A DNA stretch of 64,000 bases from a virus. Both the position numbers and the translations under genes were made by a program. Numbering within the stretch: position 1 is the stretch's first letter; the number at the start of each line of letters is the position of its first letter. Below are positions 41,473 to 50,834 of this stretch, piece by piece. The stretch is from IMG/VR virus record IMGVR_UViG_3300024581_002845. One strand, 5' to 3'. The notes under the pieces were generated by a model, which was not told the origin of the DNA, did not search any database, and saw only the letters and a list, made by a program, of their open reading frames with translations.

Positions 41473-42205
41473 AGTCAACCCCAAAGTCGATTCTAAAAGT
41501 GACTTGTTCTCCTGACGGGGCTATAACTTGTTGTGTCAAATCGACACCGGGTTTGTTATCTGCAACATATTTCCTGAATTTTTGAGAATCAAGAATAGGT
41601 AATGTTTCGATAAAGTTCCTAATGTTCATAGGATCAGGATTACCCGCAACAGATTTAATTAATTTTTCCAATCTCTTCGTTACGATTGGTGGGTTACCTA
41701 AACCATTCCAATTCCTTTCTATTAGACTTAATTCTTCTTCGTCTTTATTAGATAAGAAGTTAAAGGTAATATCAACACCTGATTTTTCCATTCTATATGG
41801 ATAATCACCATTCTCGTCTTCTTTGAGGTTGAATTCTTTATATGTTAATTCAGACAAGTCAACTGTATGTTCAAAAACCTCCTCCGTTTTAGGGTCTTTA
41901 AGACTTAATTTAAGTTCGGGTCCAAATGCGGTGTTCCTTAAAAAAATTAAGATTGCTTGTTGATCTTCTACAGTTAATTCCTCTACAGGAACTTCTTTAG
42001 TAAGAATCTTTCTTTTAAGTAATTCAGTAATCACATCCCCCTTTGCAACCAAGTTTGGTGAGGATAAGATGTTCTCATCCGCAGCAGTTAAGTACGCAAC
42101 CTTAAGTGCCTTGGTTTTTGAAGGGTACATAAGTCCCCTACTTGGTAATTCAACTACATCATATGCAATTGTTGGGTCTATCCCATATTGAGGTCTGTCT
42201 TCCAT
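41447..42205 (-). CDS. Tail assembly chaperone / baseplate hub assembly protein (T4 gp26-like)
   Basis: VELPSRGLMY, YLTAADENILSS, D..AILIFLRNTAFG and C-terminal FGVDFFRP; lies between tube and tape measure. Confidence 0.8.
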   Translation of the reverse strand: MEDRPQYGIDPTIAYDVVELPSRGLMYPSKTKALKVAYLTAADENILSSPNLVAKGDVITELLKRKILTKEVPVEELTVEDQQAILIFLRNTAFGPELKLSLKDPKTEEVFEHTVDLSELTYKEFNLKEDENGDYPYRMEKSGVDITFNFLSNKDEEELSLIERNWNGLGNPPIVTKRLEKLIKSVAGNPDPMNIRNFIETLPILDSQKFRKYVADNKPGVDLTQQVIAPSGEQVTFRIDFGVDFFRPFYGL

Positions 42206-42253
42206 ATAGTTAAAATGTATACATTAAATATCAAAAAGTAAAGTTTATTTAAA

Positions 42254-42287
42254 ATAAAAAAAGGGAACCCCGTTAAGAGTTCCCTTA
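42254..42287 (-). terminator. Rho-independent terminator after the tail tube gene
   Basis: AAGGGAACTC-TTAACG-GGGTTCCCTT followed by a T-run on the minus strand. Confidence 0.85.
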
Positions 42288-42310
42288 TAAATATTAGACA
42301 GATTTTTTTC

Positions 42311-42799
42311 TTAGTAGACTTGGATACATCTATCCATTCTCAATGTACAATCGATAGTTGCAAGTGCATCGTTGTTGTAATCTAATTCGTTGAAGTTCAA
42401 ATCAGTGATAAATGTTCCTTGTAGAATCCATTTTTCAACTACAACACCTGTTGGATCTAACATTTCCAACTCAATGTCTTTCTTGTAACCCGCAGCGTAA
42501 CCCATTCTACCTGTTACAGACTCTGCGTGTAGTCTGAACCACTCCATCAACGCTTGAGACGCTGAAGGACCAATTGGATCTTTGAATTTAACTCTTAATT
42601 CATTCCAAACGAATCTACCTGCAACGTAAGTTGATGTATTTAGGAAAGGAATTTCAACAGAGTTGATTTTTGCACTCGGTCTTGCTGCCGAAGTAACATA
42701 CCATTCGTTGATACCCAAACTTGAAGGGAATCTAACGATAAATCGGTTAACTCTTTTCGGTTCATAAGGAACCGGCATTTTCATTAATAAATCTGCCAT
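42311..42799 (-). CDS. Tail tube protein (T4 gp19-like)
   Basis: YEPKRVNRF, YVAGRFVW, F.DPIGPS..QALMEW, GYAAGYKKDI.LEMLDPTG.VVEKW.L.G.F; downstream of the sheath gene. Confidence 0.93.
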   Translation of the reverse strand: MADLLMKMPVPYEPKRVNRFIVRFPSSLGINEWYVTSAARPSAKINSVEIPFLNTSTYVAGRFVWNELRVKFKDPIGPSASQALMEWFRLHAESVTGRMGYAAGYKKDIELEMLDPTGVVVEKWILQGTFITDLNFNELDYNNDALATIDCTLRMDRCIQVY

Positions 42800-42881
42800 G
42801 TCTGTATATTTGTTATCTTTTTATTCTTTTATTATAAATATATCTCTTATCGAAATATTTTTATTTTGTTTTGGAAAGTAC

Positions 42882-42910
42882 TTGACTTTGTCAAAAAATT
42901 TCCGTATTTT
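42882..42910 (+). promoter_or_regulatory. Sigma70-type promoter on the strand opposite the tail operon
   Basis: TTGACT (42882-42887), 17-nt spacer, TATTTT (42905-42910). Confidence 0.5.
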
Positions 42911-42914
42911 TTTG

Positions 42915-43047
42915 TTACCCGGTAATATTAGCAAGTAAAATTAAATAAATAATTAAAGTTGCTATTATAATTAGCCAGTATACCGGGTGTCATCTCAATT
43001 TTTACTTTTGGATAGGGGAGAGTCGTAAGACCCTCCCTTTTCCTTTT
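42915..43047 (+). ncRNA. Putative small non-coding RNA (about 130 nt): long interrupted hairpin plus terminator
   Basis: ACCCGGTA (42917-24) pairs with TACCGGGT (42981-88); TAGCAA (42929-34) pairs with TTGCTA (42959-64). Then GGGAGAGTC-GTAA-GACCCTCCC and TTTTCCTTTT. No ORF in the track. Confidence 0.5.
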
Positions 43048-43052
43048 ATTAT

Positions 43053-45875
43053 TTAGATGTTCTCGAATGATGCACCTGTTGGTGTTATCAAGAATTCTAC
43101 ATCAATGAATTCCAATGCTCTTGTTGGTTTGACATAAATCTTACCTCTTAGAGTATTCGCATCAATATCCTCAGGATCGTTCGATACAGTTACTCGGAAT
43201 TCGTATAAACCTCTTTCTTTCTTAATTGATTCAAGAATTGGATTTACCAATCTTAAGAACTCATTTCTTACTTGTTCGTCATTTTGTTCGAATAATAATC
43301 TTACCGCAACTGCCGAAATAAGTTTTCTTGCTCTTAACAACAATCTTCTTACGTTAATTCTATCAAGTGCTGATTCTCTAACCTGTAAGGTTTTGTTACC
43401 CCAAATGATAGTACCCGTATCTGAGAATGTTGCGATTGGGTTAATTCTTGCTTTGTATAGATCATCTCTATTATCCAAAGTAAGTTTCTTCTTCGCTTTA
43501 ATTGCGTTTACTAAACCTCTTTGGTAACCCGCCACTGCGAACCAAGGATAAGAAACGTTATCGGTCAATGCGATATTCTTAACAACTTCACCTGTAGGTG
43601 GAATGTATAATTGAGTTGCATTATCCCCATCTCTTACTTGGATCCAAGGCCAATAGGTTGCTGTATAGTTAGTATCTAAATCAACAGTGTCTAATTGATC
43701 AATAATTTCATCAACATCTGACGTGTTAGGTGCGTTTACGATATATAATGAATCCGCTCTATCACCTTCAACCATATCGATTGCTTGGTTAACCAATGAA
43801 CTGTGGTTATAGAAATCAATACCCGGTGTTGCGAAGATGTTAATATCTACTGATTCAGGGTTAGAGAATGTTTCAATTGCCTGTAAGTATGCGTAGTAAT
43901 CTGAATTACCCACTGCAGAACTGAATACACCACCGTTGGTTGTATGTCCACTTACGTAAGTGTTCTTACCGAAAATGTGACCATCTCCATTAGTTCTTGT
44001 ACCTCTGTAGATATCCCATCCATCGAAACCACCACATACTGCCAATGTGAACTTTCTAAATGATTTTGAATCTAATTTCCCTTTATCTGCTCCTTCTAAA
44101 TCGTAAGGTGTTGTCTTATAACCTGTCGGTGCGTTAACTGATAAGTGGAAACCATGTGAGGTTTGAGACGCCGCATTTCCTTTGTAGTGGAATAAATCAG
44201 AATCTAAACCAATTTGACTTGATAAACCTAAAGTTACCTTTCTTACTTTATCACCGTTTGTTAATTCAGGTTCACCTAAAGAAGAGTACCCGATAACATC
44301 ACCTGCATCATTGTATTTGGTTTTATATAATACATTACCAATCTTACTTGTACCTAAAAGATCTGAAGTAAATCCTTTAAATCCAGCAGGGAATGCATCT
44401 ACAGGGTGATCTTCCGCTAAGTTCAACATAATATATTTAGATCTTAGTTCGTATTCACCATCTGATGTACCAACCTTTCTACCAATGTACCCCGGTAAAT
44501 CAGGATTCATTGAACATCTTGAGAACTTCTCAAGTACTGACATATTATCATCAGTGTCATTGAAATCTCTAACGATTAAATCAAATTCACCCGTTTCAAT
44601 GTCAATGTTTTGGATTTGTATTTTTACTTGATTGTTTGCTGCGTCACCGTCAGAAATACTTACAATACTAAATAGATCTGAAACAGTACCACCTCTCACT
44701 TCCGATACGATGGTTGGTGATGCGGGAGTATCCCACTGATTTAAGAAGTCATTATCGACATCGTGATACACAACATCAGTAGATAAACCTCTTACTAAAC
44801 CTAAATCGTGTAAAGATTTTAATAGGTTAGGGTATTCCTCGAATACATAAACAGGGAATTCACCTTTTTTCTTATCAAAAACATCACTACCCAATACTTT
44901 AGATACATACTTTGTTGATGAGACATCTAAAGAACATGTGAATGTTTTAGAACCACTTGTTGATCCAACCGCAGTTAATGAGAATTCACCAAGTGGGTTA
45001 GATTCGATTTCAGTAGATGAAATTGTTAAATCCGTATTCGCAGTAACTTCAAGTTCTAATGATTCACCATCATACGAACCTCTTGATCTTAATGCTAATA
45101 CAATCATATTGTCATAGTCAGCGTTTACTTCTGCAGACCACTCATATTGTGCGATGTTCCATCCGTTATTTGCTGTACTCCATACAAACAAGTATGAATA
45201 AACACCATCTATATTCCCTAAACCATCCTCTTTAAAGAATGTGTTGTACCAATTATTATTTGAGTTACTACCAATAGGTCCTGTGATTTGTAATGAGTCG
45301 GTTAATGATGCCGTATCATTCCCATCTACATGACCGATTGTGAACCATGTTCCGTCTTGTACCGTTAATCCTGTTATAAAATCAGGGATTGATGTACCGT
45401 CGTTTGCTGTTTTGTCAGATAAATCATTGTAGAATGCTGAACCCGCGATACTTAAATCTGTGTTCGCGTTTGGTGTAGCACCTGATAAACTGTCAACCAC
45501 TGAGTTGGTTAACGTGTCTAAATCTACAGTAATTCCTCCTAATGTTTTAATCCCGAAAGTTTTTAGTGGTTTATATCCTGTTAAACCTAAAACTCTCGTT
45601 ACGAAAAGTTGATTTGATTCTTGAAGATATGATTTTGCAACATATCCTAATTCGTATTTAGGGTTACCATCCGAAAATTTTACAGGGGAGGTAGAACCAA
45701 AATAGGTTTTGAATTCATCAAAATTTCTTATTAGAATTGGTTCGAATGCAGGTCCTTGAATTGTTTCACCCACCAAACCTAAGGTAGTTACACCTACACT
45801 TTGAGCTACGAACGTTAGATCCTTCTCTGATGTATACACACCCGGAGAAACGAATACTCTGTTTGAATTTGCCAT
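43053..45875 (-). CDS. Contractile tail sheath protein (T4 gp18-like, 940 aa)
   Basis: SPGVYTSEKD, GET.QGPAFEP, YTATYWPW, PWFAVAG..RG, INPI...G.IIWGNKTL, ALDRINVRRLL, FEQND, KPTRALEFI. Confidence 0.97.
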   Translation of the reverse strand: MANSNRVFVSPGVYTSEKDLTFVAQSVGVTTLGLVGETIQGPAFEPILIRNFDEFKTYFGSTSPVKFSDGNPKYELGYVAKSYLQESNQLFVTRVLGLTGYKPLKTFGIKTLGGITVDLDTLTNSVVDSLSGATPNANTDLSIAGSAFYNDLSDKTANDGTSIPDFITGLTVQDGTWFTIGHVDGNDTASLTDSLQITGPIGSNSNNNWYNTFFKEDGLGNIDGVYSYLFVWSTANNGWNIAQYEWSAEVNADYDNMIVLALRSRGSYDGESLELEVTANTDLTISSTEIESNPLGEFSLTAVGSTSGSKTFTCSLDVSSTKYVSKVLGSDVFDKKKGEFPVYVFEEYPNLLKSLHDLGLVRGLSTDVVYHDVDNDFLNQWDTPASPTIVSEVRGGTVSDLFSIVSISDGDAANNQVKIQIQNIDIETGEFDLIVRDFNDTDDNMSVLEKFSRCSMNPDLPGYIGRKVGTSDGEYELRSKYIMLNLAEDHPVDAFPAGFKGFTSDLLGTSKIGNVLYKTKYNDAGDVIGYSSLGEPELTNGDKVRKVTLGLSSQIGLDSDLFHYKGNAASQTSHGFHLSVNAPTGYKTTPYDLEGADKGKLDSKSFRKFTLAVCGGFDGWDIYRGTRTNGDGHIFGKNTYVSGHTTNGGVFSSAVGNSDYYAYLQAIETFSNPESVDINIFATPGIDFYNHSSLVNQAIDMVEGDRADSLYIVNAPNTSDVDEIIDQLDTVDLDTNYTATYWPWIQVRDGDNATQLYIPPTGEVVKNIALTDNVSYPWFAVAGYQRGLVNAIKAKKKLTLDNRDDLYKARINPIATFSDTGTIIWGNKTLQVRESALDRINVRRLLLRARKLISAVAVRLLFEQNDEQVRNEFLRLVNPILESIKKERGLYEFRVTVSNDPEDIDANTLRGKIYVKPTRALEFIDVEFLITPTGASFENI

Positions 45876-45908
45876 CGATTACTTGAGTTATATTTTTTAT
45901 TGTCTTTA

Positions 45909-45916
45909 TATAAATA
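45909..45916 (-). promoter_or_regulatory. Putative late promoter motif TATTTATA (representative copy before the sheath gene; 13 copies listed in findings)
   Basis: TATTTAT(A/T/G) on the coding strand 3-33 nt before structural gene starts. Confidence 0.75.
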
Positions 45917-45994
45917 TCTTTGTTTTTAGTAAAGATTTCTCAACTTTTTTATTTTGAGATATTTAAAGATATAATTGTATCCTTTTTTATCTTT

Positions 45995-46153
45995 ATGAGT
46001 ATTCGAAAAACAAAAAACCTTAAAATCAGTGATAGACACCATGATAAACTAAAGTCATACTGTGATGAACACGGTATGAAGATTTATAAGGTCGTGGAAA
46101 TGTGGGTGGATAAGTATTGTACTGATCGAAAAAAGGACCTATATGGTGAATAG
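45995..46153 (+). CDS. Small ribbon-helix-helix-like DNA-binding protein (52 aa)
   Basis: MSIRKTKNLKISDRHHDKLKSYCDEHGMKIYKVVEMWV fits a beta-strand plus two helices (RHH) pattern. The ATG at 45995 is preferred over the TTG in the AT-rich intergenic DNA. Confidence 0.65.
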   Translation: MSIRKTKNLKISDRHHDKLKSYCDEHGMKIYKVVEMWVDKYCTDRKKDLYGE

Positions 46154-47386
46154 TTAGAATAGATAAGTCACACCAATCCTTGCTCCAACTCTCGGTGTCC
46201 CTTTTAAAGTAATTTCAGTTCCTGAAGAAATATCAAAGTCTTCCCCTTCTTCTTGTAAAAGACCGTTAATATCTAAACTTATTACACTATCAATATTATT
46301 AATCGTGGTGAATGATACTGATGATCCATCATATGTGAAGTATTCGGTAGACACCTGTCTAACGTTACCCTCACTATCAACGAAAACACTTGATCTACCT
46401 TTATAATATGTGATAGTTACTTTCGCGTTCTCTCTTGGGGGTTCAACGAATGTGATTTTGGAGGTTAAAGCAACATGATAAAAATCAATATCCCTTTCTT
46501 GTACGAGACCATTTATTGAAACATTAAATAATATACCCATAGTTTCCCCCACACTAAATACTGTTTGGAGTCCATCCGCAGTGAAAGTCGCGACTGATAT
46601 CTCTAAATTTTTAGTAAGGTATTTCTTCTCGTAGTTATTACTTTGAATAAATTCATTCATTAAGAATAGTCTACTCACCGCAGGTTTAACTTCGAATTCT
46701 TGATCGTCAATTATAAACCCAAGTAAAACAAATCTATAATTCTGAACATAAAATCTACGAGAGTCCAATTCAACAGGTGTGTTGTCCTCAATGTTATCCA
46801 ATACAATTGGTACATAATGACCCTTTACCGTTGTGTATGCCTGACGTGATGAGAATTTCTGTAGTACTATTTGATTAAATTTATTTAAATCTCTGAATTT
46901 AGTACATACAATACTCACCTCATAAGTGATATCGATCGCTACGGGTTGGGGTATTTTATAGATATCAGCACCCATTTGAGTACCATTCCATGTTGGTACT
47001 GTTGCATAATGGAATTGTTGTCTATCAGGTATTGTTCTTTGTAAACTTGGATTTGTACCCGGTTGAACGTCAGGTCTTCTTATTACCGCAATAAAAGGTA
47101 ATGATGGATTACCATCTAAATCGGCGAAGTCCCATGTATTTGTGAATTCACCCCATCTTTGTATGGTTAATATTTTAGGTATAATTGGAACTTGACCACC
47201 ATCCGACACAATGCCGAAGTTTTGTTTGACGAAGTCTAACATCCCTAAATCCAAATCATCATGAAGTACTGAATCAGGTAAAAAAGAATCTCCTTGTGTT
47301 ATTTTATCCAATAACTCTTGTCTTCTCTCTACCAATTCATTTCCTTGGTAAACCTTTACGTTGTTTTTTCTTTTAGGATATCCCAT
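46154..47386 (-). CDS. Tail terminator / neck protein (T4 gp15-like) with two C-terminal beta-domain repeats
   Basis: LPFIAVIR, IPQPVAIDITYEV..I; two copies of DG...F.........INGL.Q....DF.....ITF/L...P......ITY/VTY; immediately upstream of the sheath gene. Confidence 0.7.
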   Translation of the reverse strand: MGYPKRKNNVKVYQGNELVERRQELLDKITQGDSFLPDSVLHDDLDLGMLDFVKQNFGIVSDGGQVPIIPKILTIQRWGEFTNTWDFADLDGNPSLPFIAVIRRPDVQPGTNPSLQRTIPDRQQFHYATVPTWNGTQMGADIYKIPQPVAIDITYEVSIVCTKFRDLNKFNQIVLQKFSSRQAYTTVKGHYVPIVLDNIEDNTPVELDSRRFYVQNYRFVLLGFIIDDQEFEVKPAVSRLFLMNEFIQSNNYEKKYLTKNLEISVATFTADGLQTVFSVGETMGILFNVSINGLVQERDIDFYHVALTSKITFVEPPRENAKVTITYYKGRSSVFVDSEGNVRQVSTEYFTYDGSSVSFTTINNIDSVISLDINGLLQEEGEDFDISSGTEITLKGTPRVGARIGVTYLF

Positions 47387-47898
47387 TATACACCTCTAAA
47401 TTCTGCCTCTTGTGCCGGAACACAAGTTATTGTTCTATAATATGGTTTGAAACCGAACATATTGTGAGTATTGTCCGAGGTTACTCTACCATCATTACTT
47501 ACGGTATAATACCTTATCTTATCCTCTGTTTCAGGATATCCAATGAAGTCACCATATCTAATATCAATACCTAAATCTTGTAAGTGATCAATGTAAACCG
47601 ATAAGGTTAAATTACCGGGTTCCAAATACCTAACCGTACCATTCTTATAAGATGAGTTTTTAGGTTGTTCAATTTTAACTAATGCATTGAACTCGATAGG
47701 TGGGAAGAATTTTATCTGATCCTTACCAACCTCCGCATAAACCGCATCGGTATCAGTACTTTCAGTATCAACCCTGTAAAGAACTAACGTCATATTCAAA
47801 TCACCGTGTAAATATTCCTTACCCAATTGTAGGTTGAAATCGAAATCCTCATTCGAGAAGAATTTACTAAGTCTTGTGATTGGTAACTTTTTACTCAT
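47386..47898 (-). CDS. Head closure / neck protein (T4 gp14-like)
   Basis: Coupled to the gp15-like gene; VLYRVD...T....VYAE, LGIDIRYGDFI pattern. Confidence 0.65.
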   Translation of the reverse strand: MSKKLPITRLSKFFSNEDFDFNLQLGKEYLHGDLNMTLVLYRVDTESTDTDAVYAEVGKDQIKFFPPIEFNALVKIEQPKNSSYKNGTVRYLEPGNLTLSVYIDHLQDLGIDIRYGDFIGYPETEDKIRYYTVSNDGRVTSDNTHNMFGFKPYYRTITCVPAQEAEFRGV

Positions 47899-47950
47899 AT
47901 ACATAAATAGTTTAAATATTCATTTGAATTCCTTATATTTAAGTAAATGT

Positions 47951-49702
47951 ATGGGAAAGGAAATACCTGAAATAGAAGCGAGAGAAATACTAACGGGTTA
48001 TACGGGGTATAATAACCAAATTTTAGAGTGGCAGAAAAGATCTGAGTCCACAAAAAATTATAGTTTAACTCGACCACAATCGGATTATATTCTGAAGTAT
48101 CATAATGTGAAACCGAAAGTGGCGAAAAAGTATATCCAAATTGCAAAACATTTCGGGTCCAAACTTCAGGAAGAAAGATTACTAATGAAACCTGTTGATC
48201 AAATTTGGGTTGAGAAACTTCTATGTGAAACCGACAAGGCGTATCACATATGGGGAAACCTCACAAACGAAATGAAACCCGTTACAATGTGGATCCCAAA
48301 GGCATCAATTATACAGGAAGAAAAGACATTAGATAGAGAAGTTGATTATTCACCGTATTCTAAAAGACCCCCAATGTCTCACCAAAAAGAGGCAATTGAG
48401 AAACTTCTCGCCAATGATAGGTTTATCCTTGCTGATGATATGGGTCTCGGTAAGACAACTTCCACTGTAATTGCCTCTATTGAAAGTAAGGCGAAGAAGG
48501 TGTTGATTGTGTGTCCCGCATCACTAAAAATTAATTGGAAAAGAGAAATAGAAAATTACTCAGAAGACCATGTATTAATTGTCGAAGGAAAAAAGTGGGG
48601 TTCTACCTTTAAGTATTATATCATTAATTATGACATTCTTAAAAATTTCCACACCACGGAAAATAGTGAGGATAGTGAAGCATACCAAATCATTTTAAAT
48701 GAAGGTTTTGATCTCGCTATTGTAGATGAAGCCCATTACATCTCAAATAGTCAAGCACAACGAACTAAACTACTAAATGATATCTTGGCTAAGATCCCTA
48801 AGGTTTGGTTACTTACAGGTACCCCTATGACCTCGAGACCTATTAATTATTACAACCTACTTAGAATTGTTAATTCACCACTAACCCTTAATTGGAAGAG
48901 TTATGTGTTGAGGTATTGTAAAGGATATCAATTTAGAGTAGGTGGTAGAAAGATTTGGAATACGAGTGGTGCAAGTAATTTAGATGAATTACGAGAACAA
49001 ACTAAAGCGGTGGTCCTTAGAAGACTTAAGACCGATGTACTTGACTTACCTGAAAAAATTATATCCCCAATTTGGTTAGAATTAAAGAATTCATTCTATG
49101 ATGACGAACTGACTGAATTTCTAAGGATTAGTGAAGAGAATAAAGAAAAAGAAAGTATTACCGTAACCCTAAACAGGTTAATGAAACTACGTCAACTCAT
49201 TGCCATCGAGAAAGTAGAACACACCTGTGAACTAATAGATAAAGTGTTAGAACAAGGTAAGAAAGTTATTGTCTTCACAAACTTTACCATGTCACTTGAC
49301 ATGATACATGAAAAGTATAAAAAGAAGTCTGTTGTTTTAGATGGGAGAATGTCTAAAATCGCAAGACAAGAATCTGTGGATAGGTTCCAAAATGAAGATA
49401 AAATTAAAATCTTCATTGGTAATATTAAAGCGGCGGGAGTGGGTATTACCCTTACCGAGGCAGATACTGTTATTATGAATGACTTATCTTTTGTTCCTGC
49501 GGATCACTCACAAGCAGAGGACAGGGCATATAGATACGGACAAAAGAACAGTGTACTTGTATATTATCCCGTGTTTGAGAATACCATCGAAATGACGGTA
49601 TATAATATACTACAAAAGAAAAAGGATATTATTGATCAAGTTATGGGTGACGGAGAATACTCCGAAAGTTTTGCAAGTGAGTTAGTTAAAAGTATTAAGT
49701 AA
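47951..49702 (+). CDS. SNF2-family (SMARCAL1/HARP-like) helicase
   Basis: LADDMGLGKT, VCPASLK.NW, IVDEAH, LTGTP, AAGVGITLT, QAEDRAYRYGQ. Start set to ATG 47951 to avoid overlap with the divergent gene. Confidence 0.93.
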   Translation: MGKEIPEIEAREILTGYTGYNNQILEWQKRSESTKNYSLTRPQSDYILKYHNVKPKVAKKYIQIAKHFGSKLQEERLLMKPVDQIWVEKLLCETDKAYHIWGNLTNEMKPVTMWIPKASIIQEEKTLDREVDYSPYSKRPPMSHQKEAIEKLLANDRFILADDMGLGKTTSTVIASIESKAKKVLIVCPASLKINWKREIENYSEDHVLIVEGKKWGSTFKYYIINYDILKNFHTTENSEDSEAYQIILNEGFDLAIVDEAHYISNSQAQRTKLLNDILAKIPKVWLLTGTPMTSRPINYYNLLRIVNSPLTLNWKSYVLRYCKGYQFRVGGRKIWNTSGASNLDELREQTKAVVLRRLKTDVLDLPEKIISPIWLELKNSFYDDELTEFLRISEENKEKESITVTLNRLMKLRQLIAIEKVEHTCELIDKVLEQGKKVIVFTNFTMSLDMIHEKYKKKSVVLDGRMSKIARQESVDRFQNEDKIKIFIGNIKAAGVGITLTEADTVIMNDLSFVPADHSQAEDRAYRYGQKNSVLVYYPVFENTIEMTVYNILQKKKDIIDQVMGDGEYSESFASELVKSIK

Positions 49703-50782
49703 AATATCTAAAGATTTTCTTAAATCTTCCTCAACAGATTCTATATCTACACCCCCAAACCCAATAGTTATTTGTTTATTTTTCACATTTAGGTCGACAT
49801 AAGGTTCAACAGAATCAAAAATGTTAAAAGTGTAACCAATAAGATTACATCTTCTGAAGATATCCATCAACAGTTTAAGTTGATCATCCTCATCCTTTTC
49901 AAAAACGTTCGTCAACCTATCGTTAGGTATTGTTGTGGTTGAATTAGTCACTTCTATTGACTCGTCGGTCTCAATACCCTGTATATTAAATTCATATATT
50001 GTACCGTTATTTTCAACAACTAAGTAGTCTACGTCTCTATGTTTCCTTTTACTGATACTCGTTGGGATAATAACACAATCATTTTCATCGTCTAAAACCA
50101 CTCGAATAGGATGATGTGAGGAATCGTTACATCTCTTATGTTGATATTGAATATCAACACCATTGTCGATAATTGAAAAATCAACCCCACTATTATAATC
50201 TTCACCATCACCACGTTCTTTACCATATATCGGTATCATCTTAGTGTCTTTAATGACCATTCTCACATAAGACATTTCAGATAACATTGAATTGTACCAT
50301 GAATATGATGTTGCAACTGATAATTTATTAGATAATTCTGTCACTTCATATAGACCGAAAACTCTATCAAAATATTTGTCTATAAATGAGATTATCTGAT
50401 CACATTCGGTTCTGAATGACTCAGTTAACCCCCCGTAGGTTACTTCCTTATAATTTAGTCTCCCCTTTTTTATTAGATCATTATAAAAGTTAACCAACTC
50501 GAAGATGGCGGAATAGTTTGTCTCAATAGTATTAATGTATGACCATTTCCATTCTCCCCTTATTTTTTGCCATACACCCCATTTTGGTTGATTCCTATAT
50601 AAATCCCAAACATCCTCGTTTACATCATACTTTGAGGTTACACCATCATAATCTTGTTTTGATATGACTTTATTAAGTGAAGAAATAAAATATGACTTAT
50701 TCTCGCGATTATTAACAAATACACGTTGAATGATTGTCCTATCTAATTTAATATTCCTTTTTAATTTCTGAATATCCATCAA
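49682..50782 (-). CDS. Hypothetical protein, possible PD-(D/E)XK-like nuclease (366 aa)
   Basis: SE....EDYNSGVDF.......IQYQHK resembles the E...D...QxK active-site variant. Confidence 0.45.
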   Translation of the reverse strand: MMDIQKLKRNIKLDRTIIQRVFVNNRENKSYFISSLNKVISKQDYDGVTSKYDVNEDVWDLYRNQPKWGVWQKIRGEWKWSYINTIETNYSAIFELVNFYNDLIKKGRLNYKEVTYGGLTESFRTECDQIISFIDKYFDRVFGLYEVTELSNKLSVATSYSWYNSMLSEMSYVRMVIKDTKMIPIYGKERGDGEDYNSGVDFSIIDNGVDIQYQHKRCNDSSHHPIRVVLDDENDCVIIPTSISKRKHRDVDYLVVENNGTIYEFNIQGIETDESIEVTNSTTTIPNDRLTNVFEKDEDDQLKLLMDIFRRCNLIGYTFNIFDSVEPYVDLNVKNKQITIGFGGVDIESVEEDLRKSLDILLNTFN

Positions 50783-50834
50783 AATATACTAAGGGTTTTT
50801 ACAAATATAAACTATTTATTGTAATAACACAAGT

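Noticed and set aside
16739-45875. Bacterial extracellular contractile injection system (eCIS/tailocin) locus
   Set aside because: Head-neck adaptor genes, PolB, a gp32-like SSB, helicase and RNR are interleaved and no host housekeeping genes appear, which indicates a phage genome.
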